DNA from: Macrostomum lignano
Taxonomy: Eukaryota
Reading direction: 5' to 3'
NCBI GenBank assembly: GCA_002269645.1
Contig: NIVC01003753.1
Coordinates: forward strand, 14,842-78,841
Length of the DNA: 64,000 nt
A program made the position numbers and the translations under genes. Below the pieces are notes generated by a model. The model did not search any database, was not told where the DNA came from, and worked only from the letters and a program-made list of their open reading frames with translations. The stretch's first letter is position 1. Each line of letters opens with the position of its first letter. This document shows, one piece after another, positions 1 to 14,000 of this stretch.

Positions 1-149
1 CATATGCAACTGCGCCACCCGGTGTTGCATTCATAAAATAAGACAATCAAGATCAGAGCAGTTTAGGGGGTTGATAAATTTTAGGCCAGCTTTTTAACCC
101 CCCCCCCCCCATGCACCCACCTTTCATCAACGATAATAAAATTCAACCA

Positions 150-622
<473 letters not shown>

Positions 623-626
623 TTGA

Positions 627-757
627 TGAGGGATTAGGGGTGGATAATCGGTGAGGGATTAGGGGTGGATAATCGCTGAGGGATTAGGGGTGGATAATCG
701 CTGAGGGATTAGGGATGGATCGCTGAGGGATTAGGGGTGGATAATCGCTGAGTTAGG
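627..757. repeat. ~25-bp tandem repeat (GAGGGATTAGGGGTGGATAATCGCT), ~5 copies
   Basis: Direct reading. Confidence 0.85.
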
Positions 758-827
758 GGGCTGTGACTCACTGAAGGTCTGGGGCTGAGGAGGCGGGACT
801 CGCAAAAGGAGAAATACTGGCACGAAC

Positions 828-1034
828 CTGCAGCCACTGCAGCAGGCAGTCCTGGTGAATGTACTTTATAGTACCGGTGCAGATGCACGGATAAAACAGG
901 GGCCTGTCCTGACCGGCCTCCATGCGGCAGACCCGGCAGATGTTGGCGTCATCATCGGCGGCCGATCCTTCGGCTTCGTGTAGCAGCTGATCTGGCGCTG
1001 GCACCAGCTGCTGCTGTTCCCCATCGCTAGCCAT
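828..1034 (-). CDS. MARCHF6: MARCH6/Doa10-type RING-CH E3 ligase, first coding exon; rest of gene lies left of the window
   Basis: [38 protein letters not shown] matches the N-terminal RING-CH of MARCH6 (ICRVCRSEG...[24 protein letters not shown]). Phase-0 donor CAG|GTTCGT at 828/827. Confidence 0.8.
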
Positions 1035-1289
1035 GCCTTTCTCTGTGTTTAGAGAGCGGAGAAAGCTGACCGCTCTTCAACGATTGCCCGCCGTTTCTGT
1101 TGTTTAATTTGCTTTTGCGACTGCCTGTTACGTGCTAGGGTGCATGCAATTTGGTTTGATTCATTTGTTGAAATTATTTATTGCAGAATCTTACAGTTAT
1201 GGTGGATTTTCTTAAAATACTCGGGGCTGAGACCAGAGTAGCCCAGCTGTAACCCTCTCGGGTTCGACTCCGTCATTCACATTCACAAC

Positions 1290-1805
1290 TAAATAGCTAA
1301 CTAACTAGCTAACTAACTAACTAACTAACTAGCTAACTAACTAGCTAACTAACTAACTAGCTAGCTAACTAGCTAACTAACTAACTAACTAACTAACTAG
1401 CTAGCTAACTAACTAGCTAGCTAACTAACTAGCTAACTAACTAACTAGCTCACTAACTAACTAGCTAACTAACTAACTAACTAACTAACTAGCTAATTAG
1501 CTAACTAACTAACTAACTAACTAGCTAACTAACTAACTAGCTAACTAACTAGCTAACTAACTAACTAACTAACTAGCTAACTAACTAGCTAACTAACTAG
1601 CTAGCTAACTAGCTAACTAACTAGCTCACTAACTAACTAGCTAACTAACTAACTAACTAGCTAATTAACTAACTAACTAGCTAACTAACTGACTAACTAA
1701 CTAACTAGCTAACTAAATAGCTAACTAACTAACTAACTAACTAGCTAACTGACTAACTAACTAAAAACTAACTAACTAATGAACTAAAAAACTAACTCTT
1801 AACTC
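1290..1805. repeat. (CTAA/CTAG)n microsatellite
   Basis: Direct reading. Confidence 0.95.
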
Positions 1806-2732
1806 TTAGAGCAATATCACATGCATAATAAATAACAAATTATAAACAACAAGACGAAAAAAGGCTTGAGTTAAATAATTGTAACGATGGTTTTGATGGG
1901 CAGGAACTCTGCTTATCCGTGTAATCTCTATAGAGTTGGGGCACAAAATATTAGTGGATAATTGGCTGATTAGCGGCTGAATCTTGAGACATTTTGTCGG
2001 CAAGTGGGTACACGTATCATAGCTTAAGTTTAGACACAAATTATTTCTGCGTAAGTCAACAAATACAAAACGAGATTAGAAGTATTGCACAGTTAATATT
2101 AACACAAAATGTACAGCTTCAGGCGTTTGTGCTAAAATTTGTATTAGAAACACAAAAAGAAGGTAAGAAAAATTTAAAAAAACATATACTACTAGTTAAT
2201 ACTACTTGTTAGCAGCTATTTTCAATTGTAGCTGCCTGCGAATTTATATCTGAATAAGATAAAAATGAATGATGCGATGCGAGGGATAAGTTTATTTTTT
2301 TTATAAAATCAAAGCTCTGAGCTCAAATTGAGCAGCAAAATTTTAACAAGCAAATATCAGCGTTAATTGATTTCTGTCCCATAAAAAACGGAAGCTTTTC
2401 TACAAAAGTCAATGCAAAAATAAAAGAAAATTTTATTGACACTACTTATATAGATTTGTGCAGTAGAGAAAAACGCAAAAAATCGTTAAAAAACCCAAAA
2501 AGAAGCAAATGGAGGAAGAGCAACGAAGGAGAGAAAAATAAAGCGCGTTTGAATTACAGTTGTTTAAACGGATCACGAAAACGGACTAAAGCTGGATTAA
2601 CGGATTGCACGCACTGTGTGCTATTGCGGAATAATTATATAGACTGGATTAGGACTGTCTGTGTTTCTAAGACTTCATATTAATATTTGTCCATACTTTG
2701 TATTGCGTACAATATATAGTAATCATACAACA

Positions 2733-2980
2733 GTTGCCATAGCAACAAATAACCTAACCAGCATCATATAAATCCATATTCTAAAAAGGATCTTTTATTG
2801 TTGCCATAGCAACAAATAAAATAAATTTGTTGCCATAGCAACAATTGACCTAACTAGCTTCATATAAATCCATATTCCAAAAGTGATCTTTTATTGTTGC
2901 CATAGCAACCAATGAACCTAGACAGCTTTATTCGAAACCGTATTCATCATTTACTGTTTCTTTAGCGTTACCATAGAAAC
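2733..2980. promoter_or_regulatory. Cluster of five RFX X-box-like palindromes
   Basis: GTTGCCATAGCAAC at 2733, 2800, 2829, 2896 and GTTACCATAGAAAC at 2967. Four copies belong to a duplicated ~96-bp unit. Function not shown. Confidence 0.45.
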
Positions 2981-2996
2981 AAGCCAAACCGCTATA

Positions 2997-5033
2997 TCAG
3001 TTAGCCTTCTGCTTTCCAAACGGCATCGCGGCCCGAATCCGAGCATTGACCTCGTGATAGCGGTTCAACAGGTTGGCCAGGGCGGCGTCAACCTGAGCGT
3101 GCTGCATCGAGTACAGCTTAGGCAGGCTGAACAGTCCAATGAGTGCCAGGCCAATCAGGGTGGTGGCGTTCATCCAGGCTCCGATGTAGGTCAGGCCAAT
3201 CAGACAGCAGAACAGTTTCAGAGTGCGGACCGGATCCCGGCACAGCATCAGGCACAGCATGTAGTTGGCCGACTGCTCCAGGCTGGCTAGGCGGCGGTCC
3301 AGCCACTGGATGAGCTGCTGCCTGCGGTCATTGGGGCAGGCGCTCGGTTACTCTATGTTTAAAACCTCTCCTGATCCTTCACGATTTGTCACTCCCATCT
3401 CCCTGATCCTTCACCGATCTGTCACTCCCATCTCCCCTGATCCTTCACCGATCTGTCACTCCCATCTCTCCTGATCCTTCACGATTTGTCACTCCCATCT
3501 CCCTGATCCTTCACCGATCTGTCACTCCCATCTCCCCTGATCCTTCACCGATCTGTCACTCCCATCTCTCCTGATCCTTCACGATTTGTCACTCCCATCT
3601 CCCTGATCCTTCACCGATCTGTCACTCCCATCTCCCCTGATCCTTCACCGATCTGTCACTCCCATCTCTCCTGATCCTTCATCGATCTGTCACTCCCATC
3701 CTCGTGATCCTTCACCGATCTGTCACTCCCATCTCCCTGATCCTTCACCGATCTGTCACTCCCATCTCCCCTGATCCTTCACCGATCTGTCACTCCCATC
3801 TCTCCTGATCCTTCATCGATCTGTCACTCCCATCCTCCTGATCCTTCACCGATCTGTCACTCCCATCTCCCCTGATCCTTCACCGATCTGTCACTCCCAT
3901 CCTCCTGATCCTTCACCGATCTGTCACTCCCATCTCTCCTGATCCTTCACGATTTGTCACTCCCATCTCCCTGATCCTTCACCGATCTGTCACTCCTACC
4001 ACCCTGATCCTTCACCGATCTGTCACTCCCATCTCTCCTGATCCTTCATCGATCTGTCACTCCCATCCTCCTGATCCTTCACCGATCTGTCACTCCCATC
4101 TCCCCTGATCCTTCACCGATCTGTCACTCCCATCCTCCTGATCCTTCACCGATCTGTCACTCCCATCCTCCTGATCCTTCCCCGATCCGTCACTCCCATC
4201 CTCCTGATCCTTCACCGATCTGTCACTCCTACCACCCTGATCCTTCACCGATCTGTCACTCCCATCTCCCCTGATCCTTCACCGATCTGTCACTCCCATC
4301 CTCCTGATCCTTCACCGATCTGTCACTCCCATCCTCCTGATCCTTCCCCGATCCGTCACTCCCATCCCACCTGATCCTTCACCGATCTGTCACTCCTACC
4401 ACCCTGATCCTTCACCGATCTGCACTCCCCATCCTCCCTGATCCCCTAGCGAGTCACTCCCATCACTCTGATCTCCTAGCGAGTCACTCCCATCCCCCTG
4501 ATCCCCTAGCGAGTCAGCGGTCCGGGCCACAACCTGGGCAGTCGCACTGGCGCATGCAGCAGACAGCGAAGCGGCAGCGGCTCATCAAGCCCAGCAGCCT
4601 CGTCATCATTCTCTTCATTGTCAGTGCCGGCTCCGCCAGCCTCCCGCTGCTGCTGGCGCCTGCGCAGGCGAACAAATCTGTACAGACGAATAGCGCAGAC
4701 GCACATTAGCGCGGCCAAGCCAACGTAGGCCAGCACGGAGATAAACGAACGGGTGGCGACGGCCCACAGTAGGGCCAGCGACATGACCAGGACGGCGCCT
4801 GTCAGCCTGGGCTCCGTCCATAGCAGCAACGATTTCAGCCTTGGATGCGTCCGCTCGGCTAAGTAGCCGCAGTAGAGCAGCATGGCGGCCGGAGTAGAGC
4901 CGCAGGCTTGCTGCTTCTGCTGCAACAATTGCTTGCGCTGCTCCTGCAGCTCCCGATCGCTACCGTCTGACATGGCGGCTGAGTCGCCGGCGGCGTCAGT
5001 TGTTGAAACTATATCATCCGCTTCATTAGACAT
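2997..5033 (-). CDS. RTN: Reticulon family protein, 2 exons (4534-5033, 2997-3321), 274 aa
   Basis: Reticulon homology domain: LLLWTEPRLTGAVL...SFISVLAY and RDPVRTLKLFCCLIGLTYIGAWMNATTLIGLALIGLFSLPKLYSMQHAQVD. Donor AG|GTTGTG and acceptor ccgcag|G join in frame (LPRQQLIQW). Confidence 0.92.
3366..4520. repeat. ~33-bp minisatellite (CTGATCCTTCACCGATCTGTCACTCCCATCTCC) filling the reticulon intron
   Basis: Direct reading, about 35 copies. Confidence 0.95.
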
Positions 5034-5154
5034 TGCTGATTAATAATAGCTATTTTGTTTCCTTAGGAAGAGGATTATTGTGGCTTAGCAAATTATATCT
5101 CACTCTATAGCAGAAATGGCAAATGAAATACTGTGTGAAATAGAAACATGCTAA

Positions 5155-5480
5155 AATAGGGTAGTGGGCTCCCCAATAGGACAGTGAGCTCCCCAATGGG
5201 GTAGTGAGCTCCCCAATGGGGGTAGTGAGCTCCCCAATAGGGTAGTGAGCTCTCCAATAGGGTAGTGAGCTCTCCAATAGGACAGTGAGCTCCCCAATAG
5301 GACAGTGAGCTCCCCAATAGGACAGTGAGCTCCCCAATAGGACAGTGAGCTCTCCAATAGGGTAGTGAGCTCTCCAATAGGACAGTGAGCTCTCCAATAG
5401 GGTAGTGAGCTCCCCAATAGGGCAGTGAGCTCCCCAATAGGGCAGTGAGCTCCCCAATAGGACGGTGAGCTCCGCTTTAG
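5155..5480. repeat. 20-bp minisatellite (CCCCAATAGGACAGTGAGCT)
   Basis: Direct reading. Confidence 0.95.
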
Positions 5481-6359
5481 GACAGTGAGATCTTCTACAC
5501 TCCAACAGTTTAATCTGCGCTAATCGCATTACTAAACACCCAATCCCTATCAGCCAGAGAAACAGGGTCAAATAAGGTAAGGAAATCAGTCACACTAATC
5601 TCAAAGAAGCAGTATACTCTCGCTAGACATGTCAACGCGATGTGTACTATTGTATATTTGGGAAAATAATGTGTCGGGGGGAAAATAATTTGCAAACAAA
5701 AGCCGAAAAATAAAATTATCATTAAAATACCGCAACCAATAGTGGACGTCTGTCCATTATTATAAAATAATAATTAAACATACTTGCATACCGCACACCA
5801 GCAAAAACTATATAAATAGTATAGATTTATTAGAAAAGTATTGCACAATAGACAAATAATATTAAAGATGAGTTCGGTCCATAGGCACAGCACAGCACTA
5901 TTCAAATGTACAATCATATAGCGCAATCAGAAAGACAACAGTCCAGCGTTGTGGTTAATGGAAGGGAATTTATGATTGTTGCAAGATCTAAGCAACTAGA
6001 CTAGTCTTTCTTCATTTACAAAATCAACTAATCGAAATAGTAAATTGAAGAGATGTACTCGTAATAAAAATTAACACTCACAAAATACTCGTTAAATTTA
6101 GATACAGTTCATTAATCGGATGCTGAACGTATAGGAAGACAGTATGAGCGCAATTGAAAATCAACGCAGTTCACTCATTCGTTACACGCGCTAGAATGGA
6201 GCCATAATTTCTAACTATTTTCAGTCTGTTTAGATTTTCTAAGAAACGTAATAAGCCTTGTAAATCTCAAACTGGATATTGATTGCTGCCTAGCTTTTGT
6301 CTACGGCCAGGAAACAAAAATACCAAAAAAGATCTGTCTGCATGCAAAGCACGAATTGC

Positions 6360-6530
6360 AAGGTTTGGTCATAGACATCAAGCATCAACACTTTCGAGAA
6401 TTGAAGGTTTGGCCATAGACATCAAGCATCAACACTTTCGAGAATTGCAAGGTTCGGCCATAGACATCAAGCATCAAAACTATCCAGAATTTAAAGGCTC
6501 GCCCATAGACAACAAACATCAACAGGGCGC
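6360..6530. repeat. Degenerate ~45-bp tandem repeat (core GGCCATAGACATCAAGCATCAA), ~4 copies
   Basis: Direct reading. Confidence 0.75.
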
Positions 6531-6920
6531 ACTTTTGAGACGGTGCAATATAATAAGTAGTGCGAGCGTAATAACTGTGAATGGAAGAACTGGTATTGGC
6601 GCACGAGTTCAAAAAAATAGTTATACATAAACATAACAGAAAAATGAGACTAGAGTGGCACTGATTGCACACTACTGCAGCGATACTTTTTGACTATCAT
6701 CTTTAAACGCCAATAATGAAATATTGATAGATCTGGCAAAAGGCCAATGGATTAGATATATAATATATAATAAATGATACATAATAAACGCAAACGCGAA
6801 ATCACAAAGCACGCGACAAAGATGGGAATGGTTAGCATTGGAAAACTGCAAACAATAAACAACAGGCGCAGCACAAAAATACACTGCCTGCAAGCAACTA
6901 AAAATTAGGTCTATGTATCG

Positions 6921-7205
6921 CACTGAGGATCTGGGAGGCTGGCCCAGCAACTGAGGATCTGGGATGCTGGCCCAGCAACTGAGGATCTGGGAGGCTGGCC
7001 CAGCAACTGAGGATCTGGGAGGCTGGCCCAGCAACTGAGCATCTGGGAGGCTGGTCCAGCAACTGAGCATCTGGGAGGCTGGCCCGGCAACTGAGCATCT
7101 GGAAGGCTGGCCCAGCAACTAAGGATCTGGGAGGCTGGCCCGGCAACTGAGCATCTGGGATGCTGGCCCAGCAACTGAGGATCTGGGAGGCTGGCCCAGC
7201 AACAG
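6921..7205. repeat. 28-bp minisatellite (ACTGAGGATCTGGGAGGCTGGCCCAGCA)
   Basis: Direct reading. Confidence 0.95.
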
Positions 7206-7497
7206 GGCATTTGGGATTTATGACTGAGGATCTGATTTATTTCAGTTGCGGGTTGGAGGTGGCTCATTGTAAGGTCTTGGTAGATTGGTATCGGCTATAA
7301 ATAATAACTGAAAAATGTACCAAGAAAAAAGAAAACCAAGACTGGTTGCCTGATGAAACTGTCAGCGAAAGAAAATGTACGCGGAACTTCACAGCTGATT
7401 AGTAAGTGTCGCTATAATGCTATCATGCACGAGTAGACGCGACTACAATACGACTATACGATAGAAACGAGCGCTACTAAGCCAGAAATTATTGGAT

Positions 7498-8005
7498 TTA
7501 AGCGCCTGGCAGCTCTAAATGACAGAACGGATTGCTTCGATTCATAGTCGGCTCGCTGTTGGACCGGTGCACCTTGGGGGCATTCTCCAGGATGCCCAGG
7601 ATCTGCGGATTGGCCAGCACCCCGGGGATGAGAGGGGAAGAAATTCCAATAATTAGTTATAATCAGATTTCAGCCAGACTGCGGCGCCATGAGCTGGCAC
7701 TGAGCGAGCGCGAGGAGTGAGGAAAAAAACAAGAAGTTACGATTGATAAAATCAGAGGAATCCAGAGAGCAATAGAACCGAGAGATGGGCTGAACGTGTA
7801 ATAAAAAGAGACGGAGAAAGTTGGGAACAGAAGAAAGACAGTTTCTATCTGTCCGACTGTCACTATAAGATGACAGAGATGGACGGACTGGAGAGCAGAT
7901 AGAGAGAGACAAACAGAAAGACAAAGAGGCAGACAGACAGACAGACAGACATACAGACAGATAGATAGACAGACAGAGACAGACAGACAGACACTAAGAC
8001 CGACC

Positions 8006-8049
<44 letters not shown>

Positions 8050-11000
8050 CTAAGACCGACCGACAGACAGACAGACAGACATACAGACAGATAGATAGAC
8101 AGACAGAGACAGACAGACAGACACTAAGACCGACCGACAGACAGACAGGCAGGCAGGCAGACAGAATCCAGCGGGCTTACAATCCTGAACAGCGGCCGCA
8201 GCGCTCTATCAAACTGCACGCACTTGGCCAGCAGCTCGGGCAGCGGAGCCGGCGTATCCTTGCGCAGCCGGCCAGGGTCGGGCCGAAGCGCGCCCCGGCC
8301 AACGTTAAATAATATCAGGTCTTTATTATTGCACAGGCCGCTGTAGGGCAGCTGGCCGCTGCACAGTTCGTATAGCACAACGCCGTAGGCGTAGACGTCA
8401 GATTTAACAGAATAGGGCTCGTCGTCTTCCATTCGGATCACTTCGGGAGCCTGGCGGATTTCAATGAAAATTTGAGTTTTTAGTTCCTATTTCTACTGTT
8501 ATTTTATTATCTACAAAGTGTGGATATCGTTGTTATAATGTTCCGATAATTTTTCCGGGTTTGCACTTTATTACAAGCTTACAATCCAAAAAGTTTTTTT
8601 TGACATTTGACTAAAAACTCACTCCCCCCTACTGTCACGTTATACAAGTACGAGTATTTTTATTCACCATCCACAGAATGGAGCCGCTTGGCTGCCGACA
8701 CTGCCGTGAGCCGCTCCAAGGCGTTTTCACTGTTGCCAGGCCAAAGTCGCCAATCTTCACTGCGCTCTCGTGCAGTAGAATGTCTGATTTCGAGTGGGGC
8801 GAAGGAGTGATTTAGGCGAAATAAATTGCTTTCAAATATCAATCTTCGGATTTGATGGCCTCAAATTGACCCCTGGGTTGAGGGCACGGAATTTTAGGAC
8901 CTCAGATGAGCAAATTACGAGGGGTGATCAAAAAGTTCTGCAACCTTTTGTTGTAGCTTTTAGTTATAGAATCGGCAAAAGCCAAAAACTTACACATACG
9001 TGGCTATATCTGTTTGCTACATTTATATGCATTTTTGGCTTCCAAATGTGCCCCAGTCAAATTTCACAGCCAGATATTTTCCATGTGTTTTCAGTAGCTG
9101 ATGGAAACATCAAAAGACAGTGTTCGCTTCTATATCTTTATGCGCATGCAACTTGGTTGCAAAGTGACTGAGATTCATACCGATCTGGTGAATGTTTTAG
9201 CTGACTCTGCTCCATCATTTGACATGGTTGCCCGCTGGCTGCGCCATTTCTTGGAAGGCTGGGACAGCTTCAACGATGAACCGAGGTCTGGCTGACCCCG
9301 GACATCCGTGACCGAAGATGTCGTGGCCCATGCCGATGCAATAATCCGTGAGGATTGGAGCATTATGCTGAGATTCCTTGCCTATGAGCTTGGTGTCAGC
9401 TATAGAAGTGCTCATAACATCATGCATGAGCAACTAGGCCGCACAAAGACCTGCGCTCGGTGGGTACCCATCTTCTCACTCCGGAGCAGCAAGCAGAGAG
9501 GGTGCACATCTGTCGCTTGTGGGTGCAAATTTTTTAGCCCCACGGCCCACGACGACTGTCGGATGTCATCACAGGAGACGAATGTTGGATCTGCTTCTCT
9601 ACCATAAAGGATAAGCAGTCCAACATGGTCTGGCTGGCAGAAGATGAGCCTAGGCCTGAGGTGCTGAAGACCGGATTCCGCAGTCGGCAGCGGATGTTCA
9701 CCATTTTTTTCAACTCTCAGGGTGTTGTATCGGTAAAAATCCTTCCAGCGGGTGCCACAGTGACTGCCAGGTACTACACAGACACTGTTCTGCCAGGCGT
9801 GCTGCAGGAGCAGCAGAAACGTGCGCGAACCAGGCATGGACCTCAACTCCTGCTGCACCATGACAATGCGGCACCGCACAGAGCGGCCTCAACCTTGGTG
9901 TACCTGGAGCAGCAGGGGGTCCGGATGCTGCCCCATCCACCCTACTCTTCAGATCTAGCACCGTGCGACTTTTGGCTGTTCCCGAGGATCAAATCCGTCA
10001 TTTCTGGGAGGCTGTTTTCACGCATGCAAGACCTTGCCCAAGCGGTACATTCAGATCTACAGGGTATACCAACTTCGGAGTACCATGACTGCTTTCAGAC
10101 ATGGTGCATACGCATTGCGATGGTGCATAGATAGTGGTGGAAAGTACTTTGAGGGAATGTGACACTGATTAGACGCCGTGGCTGCTGTAACACTGAGTTG
10201 TGAGGTCACTTGCAGAACTTTTTGATCACCCCTCGTATTTTAATTATAGACCATACTATTGACAGTAGTGAACTCAGCCTAAAAGATATTGATGAGACGG
10301 TATTTTTTAAATTTGCGGTGACCTCAGATTACCCCGACTGAAGAAAAGGATATCAAGGATTAGGTGAACCCAGTTTAAGGACACGAATATCCAGTGACCT
10401 TAGATAAACCCCGATTGAGGACACGGGTATCAAGGATCCAGTGACCTTAGGTGAAGCTAGTTTAAGGACACGGGTTCAAGGATCCAGTGACCTTAGGTGA
10501 ACCCAGTTGAAGGACACGGGTATTAGGGATCCAGTGACCTTAGATAAACCCCGATTGACGACACGGGTATTAAGGAGCCGGTGACCTTTAGAAAGACTTA
10601 CTGCTAGACTTCAGATCTCGGTGTATAATCCGCTTAGCATGCAGATAGTCCATGCCCTGTGCGGTCTGCCTGGCAATGTCGAGCAGGTCGTCAGGCTTGA
10701 AAGCGGCATCGAGCACGTGCAGATGCCTATACAACGAGGAGCCGTCGCACCATTGTGTGATAATAGCCAGCTTAGGCTTGCTAACACAGCCAAGGAAGAG
10801 CAGCACATTCTCGTGTCGAGTCTTTCTCAGCACGGCTACTTCATTCTTAAACGCCTGAGTTTGCATAGCGCTCTGATCGACTACGTTGAGCTCTTTAATA
10901 GCCACAGGGCCGTGCCAGTAGCCTTTGTACACGGTGCCAAATGATCCTGAGCCGATGCACTCGTAGCGTACAATTGCGTCGTGCGGAATCTCCCAACCGT

Positions 11001-14000
11001 CGCGCGACTCCCGACGACGTCTGGCGCCGTTAGAAGCGCCGCCGGCTCCACTGCCAGACGTCGATGCTAGAGAAGTTGACGATGGCCGGTCGCGATGCAG
11101 GCCAAATTGTTGGTACTGAAACGAGCCGGAAGGAACGTGAGGCAACAGATAGGCCACTCTTTGCGACTGCTGATGCTGGTAAATCTGCTGCTGCTGCTGC
11201 TGCAACTGTAGCTGCAGTTGTTGTTGTTGTTGTTGCTGCTGTTGTTGCTGTTGCTTCAGGGTTGTTGCGATTGCCTAGGAAAGGTGGATGAAGCATAGCG
11301 AGACATAACAGTAAGAATTTGTTACTAACCACCACAGGCCTTTTCTGCTAAATTCGTAAATTTTATAGCCTAAAGTTACAGCAAATTTTATGCACAGAGT
11401 CGCTTTTACAAGCTCGAAACTTCTCAAGCTCGAATCTTCTCAAGCTCAAGTCTTCTCAAGCTCGAATCTTCGTAAGCTCAAATCTTCTCAAGCTCGAAAC
11501 TTCTCAAGCTCGAAATTTTACAAGCTGGAAACCTCTCAAGCTCAAATCTTCTCTAGCTAGAAACTTCTCAAGCTCGAAACTTCTCAAGCTCGAAATTTTA
11601 CAAGCTCGAAACTTCTCAAGCTCGAAACTTCTCAAGCTCGAAACTTCTTAAGCTCGAAACTTCTCAAGCTCGAAACTTCTCAAGCTCGAAATTTTACAAG
11701 CTCGAAACTTCTTAAGCTCGAAATTTTACAAGCTCGAAACTTCTTAAGCTCGAAATTTTACAAGCTCGAAATTTCTCAAGCTCGAAACTTCTTAAGCTCG
11801 AAATTTTACAAGCTCGAAACTTCTCAAGCTCCAAACTCCAAAAGCTCGGAACCTCACTGTGATGACCTCAGTTAGTTAAAATTATTATTTTGGTTATTTC
11901 GTCGTTCGCCTGCGCGTAACCTTTTCTTTGCTCACCAAGCTCAAGCCTTCTCGCTCTGTGCATAACACGTACGCGATGGAACGTCCCCCCCGCAATCTGT
12001 GTGCAATTGCACGTTGCTCAAAATCAAATATATAAACGCTGAGTAAGAGAATTATAATATAACAAGTCGACTGTTCTGCCAACCAAATCTGAGTCTTTAC
12101 ACTCACAAGCACGAAACTTGTTAAACTTCTTAAGGGACTCGTAGAAAACTTCTCAGCAAGCAAGCATACTGTTCGCCCATTCGATTCACAAGTTTTGTCC
12201 AACTAAATGTTTTCAAGTTAAAATCTACCAATCTACCAATTTTCATAAACACATGTTTACAGTTTTTTTCTAATCTTTTAGAATCTTTTCTACAGACAAT
12301 ATCTACATATAAAAATAGGATTTCCCTAGAACAAAAGAGACAGGGACGACAGGGACAGGCAAAAAGCCAGCCGGAGGATCTGCCCCCGCCCTCCAGGCAC
12401 TTCGGTTCTTAAAACTTCTCATTCCTCCACCCCCCCCCCTCCTGCTAAGCCCAAGGGTTTGGGGGCGGGAGAAGTGCATTTTATTTAAGTATACAAAAGT
12501 GACGAATCCAGGGTCCACACCTAGCTGTCTTCTTAGCTTCACCCTGTCTGCACCGGGCGCCTGTCTGCGTCGTTTTTTTCCCTAATCTTAGCTGAACACA
12601 AATCGGCGACGGATTGAGCATGGCAAGAAATCAATAGCTGTTATAATCATAAAAAAATGATCAGATTAAGCCGAATAGTATGGTTCCTACTTGTTCCTAC
12701 CGTGTTAACAACTGTGTTTCAATTAAACAGTGGGTCTAAATTGATCAAATCTACAGTAAATCTGTTTTTAAGTGCAACAAGGAAAGCTTTTTCGCTGTAT
12801 AAAAGATGGGTATAGTGATAGTTTAGGCCCTATTGGCTCCTGGTTTTGCAGGGTCAGTCAGGGACAAGCTGTGCATGCGGCAGTTTTGCAGGGTCAGTCA
12901 GGGACAAGCTGTGCATGCGGCAGTTTTGCAGGGTCAGTCAGGGACAAGCTGTGCCTGCGGCAGTTTTGCAGGGTCAGTCAGGGTCAAGCTGTGCATGCGG
13001 CAGTTTTGCAGGGTCAGTCAGGGTCAAGCTGTGCATGCGGCAGTTTTGCAGGGTCAGTCAGGGACAAGCTGTGCATGCGGCAGTTTTGCAGGGTCAGTCA
13101 GGGACAAGCTGTGCATGCGGCAGTTTTGCAGGGTCAGTCAGAGCTAAGCTGTGCATGCGGCAGTTTTGCAGGGTCAGTCAGAGCTAAGCTGTGCATGCGG
13201 CAGTTTTGCAGGGTCAGTCAGGGACAAGCTGTGCATGCGGCGGTTTTGCAGGGTCAGTCAGGGACAAGCTGTGCATGCGGCATTTTTGCAGGGTCAGTCA
13301 GAGCTAAGCTGTGCATGCGGCAGTTTTGCAGGGTCAGTCAGGGACAAGCTGTGCATGCGGCAGTTTTACAGGGTCAGTCAGGGACAAGCTGTGCATGCGG
13401 CAGTTTTGCAGGGTCAGTCAGGGACAAGCTGTGCATGCGGCAGTTTTGCAGGGTCAGTCAGGGACAAGCTGTGCATGCGGCAGTTTTGCAGGGTCAGTCA
13501 GGGACAAGCTGTGCATGCGGCAGTTTTGCAGGGTCAGTCAGAGCTAAGCTGTGCATGCGGCAGTTTTGCAGGGTCAGTCAGAGCTAAGCTGTGCATGCGG
13601 CGGTTTTGCAGGGTCAGTCAGGGACAAGCTGTGCATGCGGCGGTTTTGCAGGGTCAGTCAGGGACAAGCTGTGCATGCGGCAGTTTTGCAGGGTCAGTCA
13701 GGGACAAGCTGTGCATGCGGCAGTTTTGCAGGGTCAGTCAGGGACAAGCTGTGCATGCGGCAGTTTTGCAGGGTCAGTCAGGGACAAGCTGTGCATGCGG
13801 CAGTTTTGCAGGGTCAGTCAGGGACAAGCTGTGCATGCGGCAGTTTTGCAGGGTCAGTCAGGGACAAGCTGTGCATGCGGCAGTTTTGCAGGGTCAGTCA
13901 GGGTCAAGCTGTGCATGAGGCAGTTTTGCAGGGTCAGTCAGGGACAAGCTGTGCATGCGGCACTTTGCAGGGTCAGTCAGGGACAAGCTGTGCATGCGGC

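Noticed and set aside
627-757. TTAGGG within the repeat as an interstitial telomere
   Set aside because: Only one hexamer per 25-bp unit; no (TTAGGG)n run.
7670-7712. Alternative last Raf exon (CQLMAPQSG*)
   Set aside because: The 7498-7602 exon gives the conserved ILxxLE..PKVHRSxSEP terminus and is preferred.
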